From positions 2,008,203 through 2,072,202 of the forward strand of contig JBJBEO010000001.1 in NCBI GenBank assembly GCA_047284725.1: a stretch of DNA of 64,000 nucleotides, read 5' to 3'. A program made the translations under genes and the position numbers. How positions within the stretch are numbered: position 1 is the stretch's first letter; every line of letters starts with the position of its first letter. This document shows positions 23,330-35,878 of this stretch, piece after piece. The DNA is from Synechococcus sp. (lineage in GTDB: Bacteria; Cyanobacteriota; Cyanobacteriia; PCC-6307; Cyanobiaceae). The notes beneath the pieces are model-generated. The model was not told where the DNA came from. It was given only the letters and a program-made list of their open reading frames with translations, and ran no database searches.

Positions 23330-24190
23330 ATGCCCGTCTCACGGCACATCCCCACATCCCGCCGCCGCCTCTCGATCGCGCTTGCAGCCGGAGGCCTGGT
23401 GTTTGCCAGCCTGGGACTCGCGACAGCGGCGGAGGCTCCAAGCCCACCAACAACCGATCCACTGCTGGGGGCAAGAGTGCAACTCAAGGCCATCTGGCGA
23501 GGATCTCGGGTGGTGCCACGACGGGTGCCGATCCTGGTGATGGCCGGCCACGCCGATTCCCAAAACATGCAGGGAGCAGGAACGTCCGGCGCAGCCGTTG
23601 ATCGATACGGCGCCCGGCCGATGAACCCTCGCATGCGCGATGAGCTCTTTTGGAACTTCGCAGTGCGCGATGCCATCGTTCAAGAGGGCCGACGCCGCGG
23701 CCTGAACATCCTTGCCTACACACCGCCCGCGCTCACCATCCGCAACGGCAACCATCCCTCCACCAACTGGTCAGTGGGCCGAACCCACTCGGAACGGGGC
23801 GGCTATGCCTTCGAAATTCACTTCGATGCTTACGGAAAAGACGGCTACGGATCAGGACTGATTCCTGCAGTCCGGCGTCATCCGACCACCATCGATGAAA
23901 GTTTGGCCGCCAGCTTCGGCCGCTACCCGATCAACTTCCGAGGTGGCCTGGGAGCTCCCCGGAGAGGGATCAGCATTCTGGAAATCGGCAAACTCGAGGG
24001 CAACCTCGAACAACGCCTTCGATCACCACAAACCCGACAGGCAACGCTGAAAGCGATTGCCCGACGGGTCACCGATGCGATCGATAGCAGTCTCCCCAGG
24101 GAGGATCAGGCCAGCGTCAATCGACTGCCTGAAGCGGTTGACAACGCTCTTCCAGGGACGGGTCATCAAACCAGTTCTGTGGACGGGTGA
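23330..24190 (+). CDS. Exported N-acetylmuramoyl-L-alanine amidase-like protein
   Basis: AGH...E...EIHFD...ILEIG zinc-amidase pattern; RR-containing signal peptide. Confidence 0.68.
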   Translation: MPVSRHIPTSRRRLSIALAAGGLVFASLGLATAAEAPSPPTTDPLLGARVQLKAIWRGSRVVPRRVPILVMAGHADSQNMQGAGTSGAAVDRYGARPMNPRMRDELFWNFAVRDAIVQEGRRRGLNILAYTPPALTIRNGNHPSTNWSVGRTHSERGGYAFEIHFDAYGKDGYGSGLIPAVRRHPTTIDESLAASFGRYPINFRGGLGAPRRGISILEIGKLEGNLEQRLRSPQTRQATLKAIARRVTDAIDSSLPREDQASVNRLPEAVDNALPGTGHQTSSVDG

Positions 24191-25214
24191 ACACGTCGGT
24201 GAGCAACGCTTCCCGGGATCCTGGCTCCGCCTGATAGCCGTACTCCCAACGGGCCAGAGGGGGCAACGACATCAGAATCGATTCGGTGCGGCCATTGGTC
24301 TGGAGCCCGAAGATCGTGCCTCGGTCCCACACCAGATTGAACTCCACGTAACGTCCCCGGCGGTAGAGCTGGAACTGCCGTTCACGCTCTCCGTAGGCCA
24401 GAGGATGCCGCTTTTCGACGATCGGCATATAGGCAGGAAGAAATGCCCTCCCATTGGCCTGACCAAGCGCCAGCAACTGTTCCCAGCTCAGGGGCCTTGA
24501 ACCGGTCTGCTGGGCCTTGGCTGCCGCAGGCCCCTCAGGGTTCTGGCCCTTGTAGAGCTGGCCGTTGCCATCCTGGTAGTCGTAGAAAATCCCTCCCACT
24601 CCGCGGGTTTCATTGCGGTGCTTGAGGAAGAAATACTCGTCGCACCAGGGTTTGAAGATGGGATAAAGGTCGGCACTCACCGAATCGCAGGCCTGCTGGT
24701 GCGTGCGGTGAAAGTGACGAGCGTCTTCCAGGAAGGGATAAAAGGGAGTGAGGTCAGCGCCACCGCCAAACCACCACACCGGACCTGCTTCGAAATAGCG
24801 GTAATTGAGATGAACTGTGGGCACATAGGGGTTGCGAGGGTGCAACACCATTGATGTTCCTGTTGCAAACCAGGGGTGCCCCTTGGCCTCGGGACGCTGC
24901 TTCAGGATCGACGGAGGCAGCTCCTTGCCATGGACTTCCGAGAAATTGACGCCACCCTGCTCAAACACCCTGCCTTCCCGCATGACACGGGAGCGACCAC
25001 CACCACCCTCCGGACGATCCCAGCTCTCTTCCTCGAAACGGCCCACGCCATCGAGACGCTCCAGACCTGCGCAGATTTCATCCTGCAGACCTAGCACCAG
25101 TGCCCTTGCCCGCTCCCGGGAGTTGGCCGGAGGGGGCGACAACGTCGGGGCGGCAGCCGTTGGCGCGGCAGATGCAGACGAGCCCTTCAGACGCCTCAGC
25201 AATGAACGGACCAT
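24117..25214 (-). CDS. hemF: Oxygen-dependent coproporphyrinogen III oxidase
   Basis: [19 protein letters not shown] and [10 protein letters not shown]. Confidence 0.96.
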   Translation of the reverse strand: MVRSLLRRLKGSSASAAPTAAAPTLSPPPANSRERARALVLGLQDEICAGLERLDGVGRFEEESWDRPEGGGGRSRVMREGRVFEQGGVNFSEVHGKELPPSILKQRPEAKGHPWFATGTSMVLHPRNPYVPTVHLNYRYFEAGPVWWFGGGADLTPFYPFLEDARHFHRTHQQACDSVSADLYPIFKPWCDEYFFLKHRNETRGVGGIFYDYQDGNGQLYKGQNPEGPAAAKAQQTGSRPLSWEQLLALGQANGRAFLPAYMPIVEKRHPLAYGERERQFQLYRRGRYVEFNLVWDRGTIFGLQTNGRTESILMSLPPLARWEYGYQAEPGSREALLTDVFTRPQNWFDDPSLEERCQPLQAVD

Positions 25215-25332
25215 GGATGCAAGCCGCAGGAACTGAAAAGAACCATTTCAGCCCGTGCCGTCCCTCGACAAGCACACGTGAAGGACTGTCATGGGTGCTC
25301 ACACCTAGGATCCGCCCCAACGGACGGGATCC

Positions 25333-26427
25333 ATGGCGACCGAAGAGCAGGCCACGACAGCGCTGGCGAAGATTGTTGATGCCGGCAGCGGCCGTTCCGC
25401 CTTGGATCTGGGCTGGATCGATCGCGTCAGGGTGAGTCCTCCCAGAGCGGTCTTCCGGCTCAATCTTCCCGGCTTCGCCCAGAGTCAGCGCGATCGGATC
25501 GTTCACGAGAGCCGTGAACAGCTTCTCCGGATTGAGGGAATTGAAGATGTTCAGATCGAGGTCGGAACCCCGTCCCAGCAGCAAAGCAGCCATCAACCTG
25601 GCGGTATTGGTCAGGCTGGCCATGGACAAGTGGCTGAACGCCAGACGATTCCTGGGGTGAAACAGGTGATGGCCGTGAGCAGCGGCAAAGGCGGCGTCGG
25701 CAAAAGCACCGTGGCCGTCAATCTTGCCTGTGGACTCGCACGCTCAGGGCTGCGGGTGGGCTTGCTCGACGCTGATATCTACGGGCCGAACGCACCGACG
25801 ATGCTCGGTGTGGCCGACCGCACGCCGGAGGTTCAAGGGAGCGGCAGCGACCAACGCATGGCCCCGATCGAAAGCTGCGGCGTGGCCATGGTGTCAATGG
25901 GCCTACTGATCGATCCCGACCAACCGGTGATCTGGCGCGGCCCCATGCTCAACGGCATCATCCGACAGTTCCTGTACCAAGTGGACTGGGGTGAGCGGGA
26001 TGTGCTGGTTGTCGACCTCCCACCTGGCACGGGCGATGCCCAGCTTTCGCTTGCCCAGGCCGTACCCATGGCCGGTGTCGTGATTGTGACCACTCCCCAG
26101 CAGGTGGCTTTGCAGGATGCGCGCCGCGGCCTGGCCATGTTCCGCCAGATGTCGATTCCAGTGTTCGGAGTCGTTGAAAACATGAGCGCCTTCATTCCTC
26201 CCGACCAACCCGAGAAGCGTTACGCCCTCTTCGGCGAAGGCGGTGGACAAAGCCTCGCCGACGAATTCGAGACATCCCTCCTTGCACAGATCCCTCTGGA
26301 GATGCCTGTTCTCTCAGGGGGAGATCAAGGTCGACCGATTGTGATCAGCCAGCCCGACTCCGCCAGTGCCGTCAGCTTCCAGTCCCTGGCTCGACGCATC
26401 ACAGAACTGATGGAGGCACCGGTCTGA
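25333..26427 (+). CDS. mrp: Mrp/ApbC Fe-S cluster carrier ATPase
   Basis: SGKGGVGKST, DADIYGP and DLPPGTGD. Confidence 0.93.
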   Translation: MATEEQATTALAKIVDAGSGRSALDLGWIDRVRVSPPRAVFRLNLPGFAQSQRDRIVHESREQLLRIEGIEDVQIEVGTPSQQQSSHQPGGIGQAGHGQVAERQTIPGVKQVMAVSSGKGGVGKSTVAVNLACGLARSGLRVGLLDADIYGPNAPTMLGVADRTPEVQGSGSDQRMAPIESCGVAMVSMGLLIDPDQPVIWRGPMLNGIIRQFLYQVDWGERDVLVVDLPPGTGDAQLSLAQAVPMAGVVIVTTPQQVALQDARRGLAMFRQMSIPVFGVVENMSAFIPPDQPEKRYALFGEGGGQSLADEFETSLLAQIPLEMPVLSGGDQGRPIVISQPDSASAVSFQSLARRITELMEAPV

Positions 26428-26429
26428 TC

Positions 26430-27704
26430 ATGTGGAGAGCTTGGCGGCGACGGCGATCCAGTCTTCACGCTCGCTCGGGATCTCAACGGCGCCACGGCAA
26501 CGAGTTCGAATTGGTGTTGTGGGGAGTTCCCCTCGCGATGATCGCGATCTCCAGCCTGCTCATCCTCAGCACGCAGCGTCAGGCCGACTACGCCGATTGG
26601 TACCACCATCCGATCACCGCAGCGGTGGGTGTGGCAATCGCCCTGGCGCTCGCGAGGTTGCGGATGGATCGCCTCAAACCCCTGCTCATTCCGATTTACA
26701 TCGCCACGGTGTTGAGCCTGATTGCCGTTCGCGTGATCGGCACTTCAGCCCTGGGGGCTCAGCGCTGGATCAGCATTGCTGGGGTCAATGTGCAGCCTTC
26801 GGAATTCGCCAAACTCTCAGCGATCTTGCTGCTGGCAGCTGTTCTCGACCGTTTCCCAGTCGAACGCCCTGTTGATCTGCTCCGACCACTCGGAGTGATC
26901 TCGATCCCTTGGGCCCTCGTTTTCGTCCAGCCTGACCTGGGGACGTCGTTGGTCTTCGGAGCGCTGCTGCTAACGATGCTGTACTGGTCAGGCATGCCTT
27001 TCGAGTGGCTGGTCCTGCTGCTCTCACCCCTCGTCACCGCCCTGGTCTCCGGTTTAATCCCGTGGGGTCTGGCCCTCTGGGTGCCCATCACGATGCTGAT
27101 CGCTTACCGATCCTTGCCCTGGAAACGGATCGCCACCACGCTTGTGCTCATGGTGCAGGCCGCAGTAGCCGGCATCACCCCTTGGCTTTGGATGCATGGC
27201 CTCAAGGATTACCAACGCGATCGTCTGGTGCTGTTTCTTGACCCTGGCCAGGATCCCCTCGGCGGTGGCTACCACCTGCTGCAGAGCACGGTGGGCATCG
27301 GCTCAGGTGGCTGGTTTGGCACCGGGCTGCTGCAGGGGCAACTCACCAAATTGCGCTTTATCCCCGAACAACACACCGATTTCATCTTCAGCGCCCTTGG
27401 CGAAGAGGTGGGCTACCTCGGCACCGTGCTTGTGGTGGTTGGCTTCGCCCTGCTGATGATCAGGCTGGTGCAAGTGGCCAACCGAGCGCGTTCAGACTTT
27501 GAGTCTCTGGTTGTGATTGGTGTGGCCACGATGGTGATGTTCCAGGTGGTGGTGAACATCTTCATGACCATTGGCCTCGGACCTGTCACCGGCATTCCGC
27601 TGCCCTTCATGAGCTACGGGCGATCGGCGATGGTCGTGAATTTCATTGCCCTTGGGCTTTGCCTTTCCGTCGCACGGCGTGGGCGTGTGCAACAGCTACG
27701 GTGA
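26430..27704 (+). CDS. rodA: Rod shape-determining protein RodA
   Basis: GAQRWI, QPSEFAK, PEQHTDFIF and GIPLPFMSYG. Confidence 0.93.
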   Translation: MWRAWRRRRSSLHARSGSQRRHGNEFELVLWGVPLAMIAISSLLILSTQRQADYADWYHHPITAAVGVAIALALARLRMDRLKPLLIPIYIATVLSLIAVRVIGTSALGAQRWISIAGVNVQPSEFAKLSAILLLAAVLDRFPVERPVDLLRPLGVISIPWALVFVQPDLGTSLVFGALLLTMLYWSGMPFEWLVLLLSPLVTALVSGLIPWGLALWVPITMLIAYRSLPWKRIATTLVLMVQAAVAGITPWLWMHGLKDYQRDRLVLFLDPGQDPLGGGYHLLQSTVGIGSGGWFGTGLLQGQLTKLRFIPEQHTDFIFSALGEEVGYLGTVLVVVGFALLMIRLVQVANRARSDFESLVVIGVATMVMFQVVVNIFMTIGLGPVTGIPLPFMSYGRSAMVVNFIALGLCLSVARRGRVQQLR

Positions 27705-29068
27705 GTACCTCGACCACGCTGGCGATGCTTCAGGCGCGGATGGCCGAAGGCAGGCCCTGCGGTCGCGTGGATGATCCCACTGCACGCAGGCTCTGGTGGG
27801 CCGCTTTGGAAACCATCCAGGCCGCGTTGCTCCCGAAGGAAGGAGATGCACCAGCAGGGCTCTGGATCGCAGCTCCACTGCCAGCGCTGTACGAGCCAAC
27901 ACTGTTGCGTTCCATGCAGGGCTGGGTCTGGAGCCCGGATCAGCTGAACTGGACCCCAGGGCAGCAGGGATCCCTGCCGCCTCCGGAGCGGTTCAACATG
28001 GGCGCCACTGCCAAGCAAGCGCAGCATCCCCCTTATGAGTATTTGCCACTGCTCGATGAGGACGGACTGGATCCCCTCCTGATTGTGATCACCGCTGAAC
28101 AGCAGATGGCACTCGCACTGCATGGCGGCAGCGACCAGCGTCAACTGCTGATGCGATGCGATCCCGAAACCCTCGGAGCCCTTCTGCAGATGATCGACAG
28201 GCGAATGCAGGACGAGGCACCACAGCAGGCAGCATCCCTGCGCCGGGCCATCGCCAACCTTGGCCCCCTCCAAAGCAGTGAGGCCTTTACCCATCAGTTC
28301 TGGCCAGCCCTTGCGGAACGGTTGGCCGCCATGGCCCCAAGCCTGACGTTACAGACGGTGCCAGCGATGGAGACCACCAACCCCGCCGAAGCGGGCGCGG
28401 AAGCGGAACTATCGTTGCTGGAAGCCATTACCCACGAAGTACGCACACCCCTTGCGACGATTCGTACCCTGATCCGATCACTGTTGCGCCGAAAAGACCT
28501 GCCAACGGTGGTCCTGAATCGGCTTCAACAGATCGATGGTGAGTGCACTGAGCAGATCGACAGATTCGGATTGATCTTCCATGCTGCGGAACTGCAACGT
28601 CAGCCCGCACCAACAGGAGAACTGGCCCGCACGGATCTTGGTCACATGCTGGAGGAGCTGGCACCCAGCTGGGAGCAGCAGCTGCTCCGTCGGGGCATCA
28701 CACTGCTGCTCGACCTCAGCCCTCACCTCTCTCCGGTGCTGAGCGATCCCGGCAGGCTCGAACCCATGCTTGGCGGCCTGATCGATCGCAGCAGCCGCGG
28801 CCTGCCCGACGGCACAACCCTGCTCGTACAGCTCAGGCCCGCAGGCTCCAGGCTCAAACTCCACCTCTCCAGTCAGATCAAGGCCAAAACAGACGCGATG
28901 AACCCAACGGAGCACACGGCCGAACTGGGTCCGGTTTTGAGCTGGAATCCTGGAACTGGAAGCCTCCAGCTCAGCCAGGGAGCAACACGTCGCCTTCTCG
29001 CCAGCCTGGGGGGACGGCTGATTCAGCAACGCGACCGGGGACTGACGGTGTTCTTTCCAGTGGCCTGA
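27701..29068 (+). CDS. hik2: Sensor histidine kinase, Hik2/CSK-like
   Basis: HEVRTPL H-box; GTGA overlap with rodA; rodA-hik-psaD synteny. Confidence 0.75.
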   Translation: MSTSTTLAMLQARMAEGRPCGRVDDPTARRLWWAALETIQAALLPKEGDAPAGLWIAAPLPALYEPTLLRSMQGWVWSPDQLNWTPGQQGSLPPPERFNMGATAKQAQHPPYEYLPLLDEDGLDPLLIVITAEQQMALALHGGSDQRQLLMRCDPETLGALLQMIDRRMQDEAPQQAASLRRAIANLGPLQSSEAFTHQFWPALAERLAAMAPSLTLQTVPAMETTNPAEAGAEAELSLLEAITHEVRTPLATIRTLIRSLLRRKDLPTVVLNRLQQIDGECTEQIDRFGLIFHAAELQRQPAPTGELARTDLGHMLEELAPSWEQQLLRRGITLLLDLSPHLSPVLSDPGRLEPMLGGLIDRSSRGLPDGTTLLVQLRPAGSRLKLHLSSQIKAKTDAMNPTEHTAELGPVLSWNPGTGSLQLSQGATRRLLASLGGRLIQQRDRGLTVFFPVA

Positions 29069-29172
29069 CAATGTTGACGGGTGTGAAGCTTCCCGGGACG
29101 ACAGGGGATCAGGGCCGAATGACGGTGCTACTTTCCAGCCGTAACGGCATGCCGATTTTTCCGAGGACAGCC

Positions 29173-29604
29173 ATGACAGCAACGGCGTTGAACGGTCAGC
29201 TCCCCCAGTTCATCGGCAGCACCGGTGGGCTTCTGAACGCCGCGGAGACTGAAGAGAAGTACGCCATCACCTGGACGAGCGGTTCTGCTCAGGCATTCGA
29301 ACTGCCCACCGGTGGTGCAGCCATGATGCATCAAGGCGAAAACATCATGTATTTCGCGCGCAAAGAGCAGTGCCTTGCACTTGGTACACAGCTGCGCACC
29401 AAGTTCAAGCCCCGGATCGAGGACTACAAGATCTACCGGATTTTCCCTGGTGGGGACACCGAATTCCTCCATCCAAGTGATGGTGTGTTCCCCGAGAAAG
29501 TGAACGAAGGTCGTCAAATGGTTGGGCACAACGCCCGACGCATCGGCCAGAACACCAACCCCGCCAACATCAAGTTCAGCGGAAGGAACACCTTCGACGC
29601 CTGA
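29173..29604 (+). CDS. psaD: Photosystem I subunit II
   Basis: [16 protein letters not shown] and [13 protein letters not shown] upstream of ATG 29173. Confidence 0.97.
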   Translation: MTATALNGQLPQFIGSTGGLLNAAETEEKYAITWTSGSAQAFELPTGGAAMMHQGENIMYFARKEQCLALGTQLRTKFKPRIEDYKIYRIFPGGDTEFLHPSDGVFPEKVNEGRQMVGHNARRIGQNTNPANIKFSGRNTFDA

Positions 29605-29645
29605 TCCCGTCGACAATCGTCCGTCGGGGCTGCGACAATCCCTCA

Positions 29646-31178
29646 ATGCTCAGCCCCGACCGCGCCGCCTTCCTGGAGGATGCCGCCTCCGGTGCCACGT
29701 TTATCCCCGTGGCACACAGTTGGCCGGCAGACCTTGAGACACCTCTCACCACGTGGCTCAAAGTGGGGGAGGGTCGTCCCCCAGGAGTCCTGCTCGAATC
29801 TGTTGAGGGTGGAGAAACCCTCGGTCGATACAGCGTGGTGACCTGCAACCCACTCTGGACACTCACTGTCCGCAACGAACGCATCGAACGGGTTTGGCGT
29901 GATGGTCGTCGGGACACCCTGCGCGGCAATCCCTTTGATGTGCTGCGAGAGTCCCTGACGCCTTATCGACCTGGAAGCCTGCCCGGCCTTCCTTCAATCG
30001 GCCAACTCTTTGGAATCTGGAGCTACGAGCTGATCCGCTGGATCGAGCCATCGGTTGTCACCCATGCTGTCGATGACGATGCCCCACCGGATGGTGTGTG
30101 GATGCTGATGGACAGCGTCTTGATCTTCGACCAGGTGAAGCGCCTGATTACTGCTGTTGCCTACGGCGACCTCAGCGGTGGCCATGGCAGCGCAGCCGAT
30201 GCGAACAGCGCCTGGTCCAACGCCATGGCTCGCATCACCCAGCTCGAGCAGCTCATGGCAGCGCCGCTACCGCCCATTCGCCCCCTTCGTTGGCAGGCCA
30301 ACAGCAACAGCACCCCACACACCACAAGCAACCGCAGCCGTGAGGATTTCCTGGCAGCCGTCGAGCGCGGGCGCGACCACATTGCCGCTGGTGATGTGTT
30401 CCAACTGGTGCTGAGCCAGCGTCTAGAGACCACGGTCCCTCAGAAACCACTCGAGCTGTACCGCAGCCTCCGCATGGTGAATCCATCGCCTTACATGGCG
30501 TTCTTCGATTTCGGAGATTGGCAGCTCATCGGCTCCAGTCCAGAGGTGATGGTGAAGGCAGACCCCGTACCTGGTGGGATCCGCGCCAGTCTGCGGCCGA
30601 TCGCAGGGACCAGACCACGTGGTCATTCCGACCTTGAAGACCGAAATTTCGAAACCGACTTGCTGGCCGACCCGAAAGAAAGGGCTGAACACGTGATGCT
30701 TGTGGACCTGGGCCGCAACGACCTGGGCCGGGTCTGCCAACCCGGATCGGTCGAAGTCAAAGACCTGATGGTGATCGAGCGCTACTCGCACGTTATGCAC
30801 ATTGTCAGCCAGGTTGAAGGACGTCTGTCACCCGACAGGGACGTCTGGGACCTGCTGATGGCCTCCTTCCCCGCAGGCACCGTCAGTGGCGCCCCCAAGA
30901 TTCGGGCCATGCAATTGATTCATGAGCTTGAACCCGATGCCCGTGGTCCCTACTCCGGTGTCTATGGGTCGGTGGATCTGGCTGGAGCCTTGAACACAGC
31001 CATCACAATTCGCACGATGGTGGTGCGTCCCCACCGGGATGGCGGATGGCGGATCCAGGTTCAAGCCGGAGCCGGCGTGGTCGCCGACTCGAAGCCGGAA
31101 TCGGAGTATCAGGAGACGCTCAACAAAGCCAAGGGCATGCTCACGGCTCTTGCCTGCCTTCAGGACCCCAACCCATGA
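29646..31178 (+). CDS. trpE: Anthranilate synthase component I
   Basis: LLESVEGG, NPSPYM, PIAGTRPRG and AEHVMLVDLGRND. Confidence 0.95.
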   Translation: MLSPDRAAFLEDAASGATFIPVAHSWPADLETPLTTWLKVGEGRPPGVLLESVEGGETLGRYSVVTCNPLWTLTVRNERIERVWRDGRRDTLRGNPFDVLRESLTPYRPGSLPGLPSIGQLFGIWSYELIRWIEPSVVTHAVDDDAPPDGVWMLMDSVLIFDQVKRLITAVAYGDLSGGHGSAADANSAWSNAMARITQLEQLMAAPLPPIRPLRWQANSNSTPHTTSNRSREDFLAAVERGRDHIAAGDVFQLVLSQRLETTVPQKPLELYRSLRMVNPSPYMAFFDFGDWQLIGSSPEVMVKADPVPGGIRASLRPIAGTRPRGHSDLEDRNFETDLLADPKERAEHVMLVDLGRNDLGRVCQPGSVEVKDLMVIERYSHVMHIVSQVEGRLSPDRDVWDLLMASFPAGTVSGAPKIRAMQLIHELEPDARGPYSGVYGSVDLAGALNTAITIRTMVVRPHRDGGWRIQVQAGAGVVADSKPESEYQETLNKAKGMLTALACLQDPNP

Positions 31179-32317
31179 CAGGTCCTCTGCTTCTGAAGGG
31201 CTTTGAAATCGAGCTGTTCACGGGTCGAACCGATGGCGAAAACGTGGGTGTGTCAACCGCCGCAGCCCGAGAGCTTGAGGGGTTCGTCACCGAGCCGGAT
31301 CTGCGAAACCTCGAATACATCACGTCACCCGAAGCCGATTACGCCCCCCAAGTGGAAGCTCTGCTCGAACCCCGCCGGAAATTGCGGCAGTGGTTGAAGC
31401 AACGGGAACTGACCCTGCTGCCCGGGAGCACCCTCAGCCTTGGGAACCCCCAGTGCTTCGAACGCTCCGACCCTGAGAACAGCTACCACAGCTTGATCGA
31501 GGCCACCTACGGCACGCGTGTGGTTACCGCCAGCATTCATATCAACCTGGGGATACCAGACACCACCTGGCTGTTCCAGGCGTTGCGCTTGATCCGCTGC
31601 GAAGCCTCTCTCCTGCTCGCACTGAGTGCAAGTTCACCCTTTCTGGGTGGGTGTCTCACCGGAGCCCACTCCCAACGCTGGCTGCAATTCCCGCTCACAC
31701 CAGCGTCCGTTCCTCTCTTTGCAGGTCACCGGCACTACGTCGACTGGATCGAAGAGCAACTGCAAAACGGCAGCATGCACAACATTCGACACCTCTGGAC
31801 CTCCGTACGACCGAATGGTCCCCAACGGCCCAACGACCTGAACAGACTTGAACTGCGTATCTGTGATCTGATCACCGACCCAGCCGTGCTGCTGGCGGTC
31901 ACAGCCTTGATGGAGCTCAGAGTGCTGATGCTGCACCAAGCGCCCGAACGTCTGGATCCCTTGGTGGCCAGCGATCTGAGTCCGACTGAGCTCCAGACTC
32001 TCTGTGACAGCAATGATGCTGCCGCAGCACAATCCAGCCTCGATGCTGAACTGCTGCATTGGAGCGATGGAAGATCCCTGTCAGCCCGCACCTGGATCGC
32101 TGACCTCTGTGCCAGCGTGACGCCCATGGCCAAAACCCTGGGGCTGGAGCAACAACTCGAACCGATCCAACAGGTGCTCAACCATGGGAATCAAGCGATG
32201 CGCTGGCTCGCAGCCATCGATGCAGGGAGCACCATCCCGGAGACAATCCAGGCCGGCGTTGCCGAAATGGCCCGACAGGAGCTTCTGAGCACTGAGGCTG
32301 CACACGCTTTGGGATGA
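31175..32317 (+). CDS. gshA: Glutamate--cysteine ligase (cyanobacterial type)
   Basis: [26 protein letters not shown] and [12 protein letters not shown] overlap. Confidence 0.9.
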   Translation: MTGPLLLKGFEIELFTGRTDGENVGVSTAAARELEGFVTEPDLRNLEYITSPEADYAPQVEALLEPRRKLRQWLKQRELTLLPGSTLSLGNPQCFERSDPENSYHSLIEATYGTRVVTASIHINLGIPDTTWLFQALRLIRCEASLLLALSASSPFLGGCLTGAHSQRWLQFPLTPASVPLFAGHRHYVDWIEEQLQNGSMHNIRHLWTSVRPNGPQRPNDLNRLELRICDLITDPAVLLAVTALMELRVLMLHQAPERLDPLVASDLSPTELQTLCDSNDAAAAQSSLDAELLHWSDGRSLSARTWIADLCASVTPMAKTLGLEQQLEPIQQVLNHGNQAMRWLAAIDAGSTIPETIQAGVAEMARQELLSTEAAHALG

Positions 32318-35300
32318 TCAAGTCTTCAGTTGATTCCCAGAACGCTTCGATGCTCTCGACCTCCGCCCAGATTCCTGAGAGCGACCGGTCGACGATCGCC
32401 GAGTCCAGCAAGGCCGGAGGCCCTCTCCTCCAGCAGCGTCTGGCCCTTGTGGAAGACCTCTGGGAAACCGTTCTGCGCAGCGAATGCCCCCACGACCAGG
32501 CCGAAAGGCTGCTGCGCATGAAGCAACTGAGTGACCCGGTTGCCAGTGATGGCGAAGCGGTCAGCAGTGATGCCGTTGCTCAACTGATCCGGGAGATGGA
32601 TCTGGTGGAGGCCATCGCTGCTGCACGCGCCTTCTCCCTCTACTTCCAGCTGGTGAACATCCTTGAGCAGCGGATCGAGGAAGACAGCTACCTCGCGAGC
32701 ATGAGTCGTTCGCTGGAGCATCCAGAGCAGGTGGACCCCTTTGCGCCACCCCTGGCCAGCCAGACGGAACCCGCCACCTTCAGGGAGCTCTTCGAGAGGC
32801 TGCGCCATCTCAACGTGCCACCGGCCCAGCTGGAATCCCTTCTCCAGGACCTCGATATCCGGCTTGTTTTCACAGCCCACCCCACTGAAATCGTGCGCCA
32901 CACGGTGCGCCACAAACAACGCCGAGTCGCCACGCTTCTGCAGCAATTACAGGTCACTCCTGCGATTGCCCACGGAGAACGCGACAGTCTGCGTCAGCAA
33001 CTCGAAGAAGAGATCCGACTGTGGTGGCGCACCGACGAGCTGCATCAGTTCAAACCAACGGTGCTGGATGAGGTCGATTACTCCCTCCATTACTTCCAGC
33101 AAGTGCTCTTCGACGCGATGCCCCAGCTTCGCCGTCGCATCAGCAGTGCACTGGCCAGCAATTATCCAGACGTTCGTCTCCCCCCCTCAGCGTTCTGCAC
33201 ATTCGGCTCCTGGGTGGGCTCCGATCGCGACGGCAACCCATCGGTGACACCGGAGATCACCTGGAGAACAGCCTGCTATCAGCGCCAGCTGATGCTCGAG
33301 CGCTACATCGCGGCGGTTCAAGCCCTTAGGGATCAGCTCAGTATCTCGATGCAGTGGAGCCAGGTGAGTGCACCACTGCTGGAATCCCTGGAAATGGACA
33401 GGCTGCGCTTTCCGGAGGTCTATGAGGAGCGTGCCGCACGGTACCGGCTTGAGCCCTACCGGCTGAAACTCAGCTACATGCTCGAACGGTTGCGGCTCAC
33501 CCAGCTGCGCAATCAGCAACTGGCGGAAGCCGGATGGCAAACCCCCACCGAGGGCTTGCCGGCGAACACCGCATCAACCGCAGGGAATGAGGCCCTGCAT
33601 TACGGATCCGTGACGGAATTCCGCAGCGACCTGGAATTGATCCGCAACAGCCTGGTGAGCACCGAACTCAGCTGCGAGCCGCTCGACACCTTGCTCACTC
33701 AGGTGCACATTTTCGGATTCTCTCTGGCCAGCCTTGATATCCGCCAGGAGAGCACCCGGCACAGCGATGCCCTGGATGAACTGAGTCGCTACCTGCGTTT
33801 ACCCAAGTCGTATGAAGACATGGGTGAAGCCGAGCGGGTGGCCTGGCTGCTGGAAGAGCTCCAAACCCGTCGTCCGCTCATTCCCCAGGCCGTGGAGTGG
33901 TCGGCCAGCACTGCAGAGACCATTGCGGTCTTCCGCATGTTGCACCGCCTTCAGGAGGAATTCGGCAGTCGAATCTGCCGCACCTACGTGATCTCGATGA
34001 GTCACACCGCCTCCGACCTGTTGGAGGTGTTGCTACTGGCCAAGGAAGCCGGTCTGGTTGACCCCGCAGCAGAGCAGGCCGATCTGCTGGTGGTTCCTCT
34101 GTTTGAAACGGTTGAAGATCTCCAGCGAGCTCCGGCCGTGATGGAGCAGCTGTTCGATAACCGCCTTTACCGACAGTTGTTGCCTCGCGTGGGAGAACAC
34201 GTGCAACCGCTGCAGGAGCTGATGCTCGGCTACTCCGACAGCAACAAGGATTCCGGCTTCCTCTCCAGTAACTGGGAAATCCACCAGGCCCAGATCGCGC
34301 TCCAGGACCTTGCCAGCCACAAGGGTGTCGCCCTTCGCCTCTTCCACGGCCGAGGAGGTTCCGTTGGCCGCGGGGGTGGTCCCGCGTATCAGGCCATCCT
34401 TGCTCAACCCAGTGGCACACTCCAGGGGCGGATCAAGATCACAGAGCAAGGTGAGGTGCTGGCCTCGAAATACAGCCTTCCCGAGCTGGCTCTCTACAAC
34501 CTGGAAACGGTGAGCACCGCGGTGGTCCAAAACAGCCTCGTCACCAACCAACTCGATGCCACACCGAGCTGGAATGAATTGATGTCGCGGCTGGCAGCCC
34601 GCTCCCGCAATCACTACCGCGCTCTGGTGCACGACAACCCCGATCTGGTGGCGTTCTTCCAACAGGTCACCCCGATCGAAGAGATCAGCAAACTGCAGAT
34701 CTCCAGTCGTCCGGCTCGTCGCAAGAGCGGTGCCAAGGACCTCTCCAGCCTTCGGGCCATTCCCTGGGTGTTCGGCTGGACGCAGAGTCGCTTTCTTCTG
34801 CCCAGCTGGTTTGGCGTCGGCACGGCCCTGGCGGAGGAAGTGGCCTCGGATGCCGAACAGCTCGACGTACTACGCCGCTTGCATCAGCGTTGGCCCTTCT
34901 TCCGGATGCTGATCTCAAAAGTGGAGATGACCCTCTCCAAAGTCGATCTCGAGCTGGCGAGCCATTACGTGAGCAGCTTGGGCAGCGATGCACACAGGGA
35001 CGCCTTCGATCGCATCTACGCAACGATCGCCAGGGAATATGCCCTCACCCATCAACTCGTGCTCGACATCACCGGCCAGAAGCGTCTTCTCGACGCGGAT
35101 CCCGGCCTCCAACTATCGGTCGATCTGCGAAACCGCACGATCGTTCCCCTCGGTTTTCTTCAAGTTGCTCTGCTGCGGCGCCTGCGCGATCAGAACCGTC
35201 AACCCCCCATCAGCGAGTCGGCCTCGAGCCAGAGCGATGGTCGTACCTACAGCCGCAGCGAACTGCTACGGGGAGCCCTGCTCACGATCAATGGCATTGC

Positions 35301-35325
35301 CGCTGGCATGCGCAACACCGGTTGA
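32314..35325 (+). CDS. ppc: Phosphoenolpyruvate carboxylase
   Basis: [24 protein letters not shown] and terminal GMRNTG. Confidence 0.98.
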   Translation: MIKSSVDSQNASMLSTSAQIPESDRSTIAESSKAGGPLLQQRLALVEDLWETVLRSECPHDQAERLLRMKQLSDPVASDGEAVSSDAVAQLIREMDLVEAIAAARAFSLYFQLVNILEQRIEEDSYLASMSRSLEHPEQVDPFAPPLASQTEPATFRELFERLRHLNVPPAQLESLLQDLDIRLVFTAHPTEIVRHTVRHKQRRVATLLQQLQVTPAIAHGERDSLRQQLEEEIRLWWRTDELHQFKPTVLDEVDYSLHYFQQVLFDAMPQLRRRISSALASNYPDVRLPPSAFCTFGSWVGSDRDGNPSVTPEITWRTACYQRQLMLERYIAAVQALRDQLSISMQWSQVSAPLLESLEMDRLRFPEVYEERAARYRLEPYRLKLSYMLERLRLTQLRNQQLAEAGWQTPTEGLPANTASTAGNEALHYGSVTEFRSDLELIRNSLVSTELSCEPLDTLLTQVHIFGFSLASLDIRQESTRHSDALDELSRYLRLPKSYEDMGEAERVAWLLEELQTRRPLIPQAVEWSASTAETIAVFRMLHRLQEEFGSRICRTYVISMSHTASDLLEVLLLAKEAGLVDPAAEQADLLVVPLFETVEDLQRAPAVMEQLFDNRLYRQLLPRVGEHVQPLQELMLGYSDSNKDSGFLSSNWEIHQAQIALQDLASHKGVALRLFHGRGGSVGRGGGPAYQAILAQPSGTLQGRIKITEQGEVLASKYSLPELALYNLETVSTAVVQNSLVTNQLDATPSWNELMSRLAARSRNHYRALVHDNPDLVAFFQQVTPIEEISKLQISSRPARRKSGAKDLSSLRAIPWVFGWTQSRFLLPSWFGVGTALAEEVASDAEQLDVLRRLHQRWPFFRMLISKVEMTLSKVDLELASHYVSSLGSDAHRDAFDRIYATIAREYALTHQLVLDITGQKRLLDADPGLQLSVDLRNRTIVPLGFLQVALLRRLRDQNRQPPISESASSQSDGRTYSRSELLRGALLTINGIAAGMRNTG

Positions 35326-35331
35326 TCGGCC

Positions 35332-35787
35332 TTGCTCCCTTTTCGCCATCAGCCTCCAGCGCCGACCCTTCCCGCGCGTTATCAGCTGCGCAACGATTTC
35401 AATCCGTCCGCCGAAGCGATCAACCGCTTGCTGGCCTCATGCGGCGAGGCCACCCCTCCTCTCGTGCGCTGGAATGACGCCTTAGCACGCAGTTACGGCC
35501 ACCTCTGCATCCTCGACAACACCGATGCCGAGTTGGTGGGATTTGTTCGGATCACCAGTGATCAGGCGCTCAATGCCAATCTCTGGAATCTGTCCGCCAA
35601 GCCGGGGCCCGATCAGGCACGGTTATTTGCCGTGCTCGTGCACCGCGCCCTGAGCAGCCTGCGAAAGGGGCTGCCAGGATGCAGTATTTCCATTGCCGCC
35701 CCTAGGTCAGCCCTTGACGCTCTGACAAGCCAGGGGTTTGTCCTTGATCCCGGCGGGATCAGGGCCATGGGACTGAGACTCCGATAA
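35332..35787 (+). CDS. GNAT-family acetyltransferase (Ycf52-like)
   Basis: LVGFVRITSDQALNANLW and GFVLDPGGIRAM. Confidence 0.75.
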   Translation: MLPFRHQPPAPTLPARYQLRNDFNPSAEAINRLLASCGEATPPLVRWNDALARSYGHLCILDNTDAELVGFVRITSDQALNANLWNLSAKPGPDQARLFAVLVHRALSSLRKGLPGCSISIAAPRSALDALTSQGFVLDPGGIRAMGLRLR

Positions 35788-35804
35788 ACGGCAGAACGAA
35801 AAGA

Positions 35805-35878
35805 CGAGCATGGCAGGACTCGAACCTGCGACCCTCAGAACCGGAATCTGATGCTCTATCCAACTGAGCTACATGCCC
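35805..35878 (-). tRNA. trnR: tRNA-Arg(CCG)
   Basis: Reverse complement GGGCATGTAGCTCAGTTGGATAGAGCATCAGATTCCGGTTCTGA...GGTTCGAGTCCTGCCATGCTCG. Confidence 0.97.
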
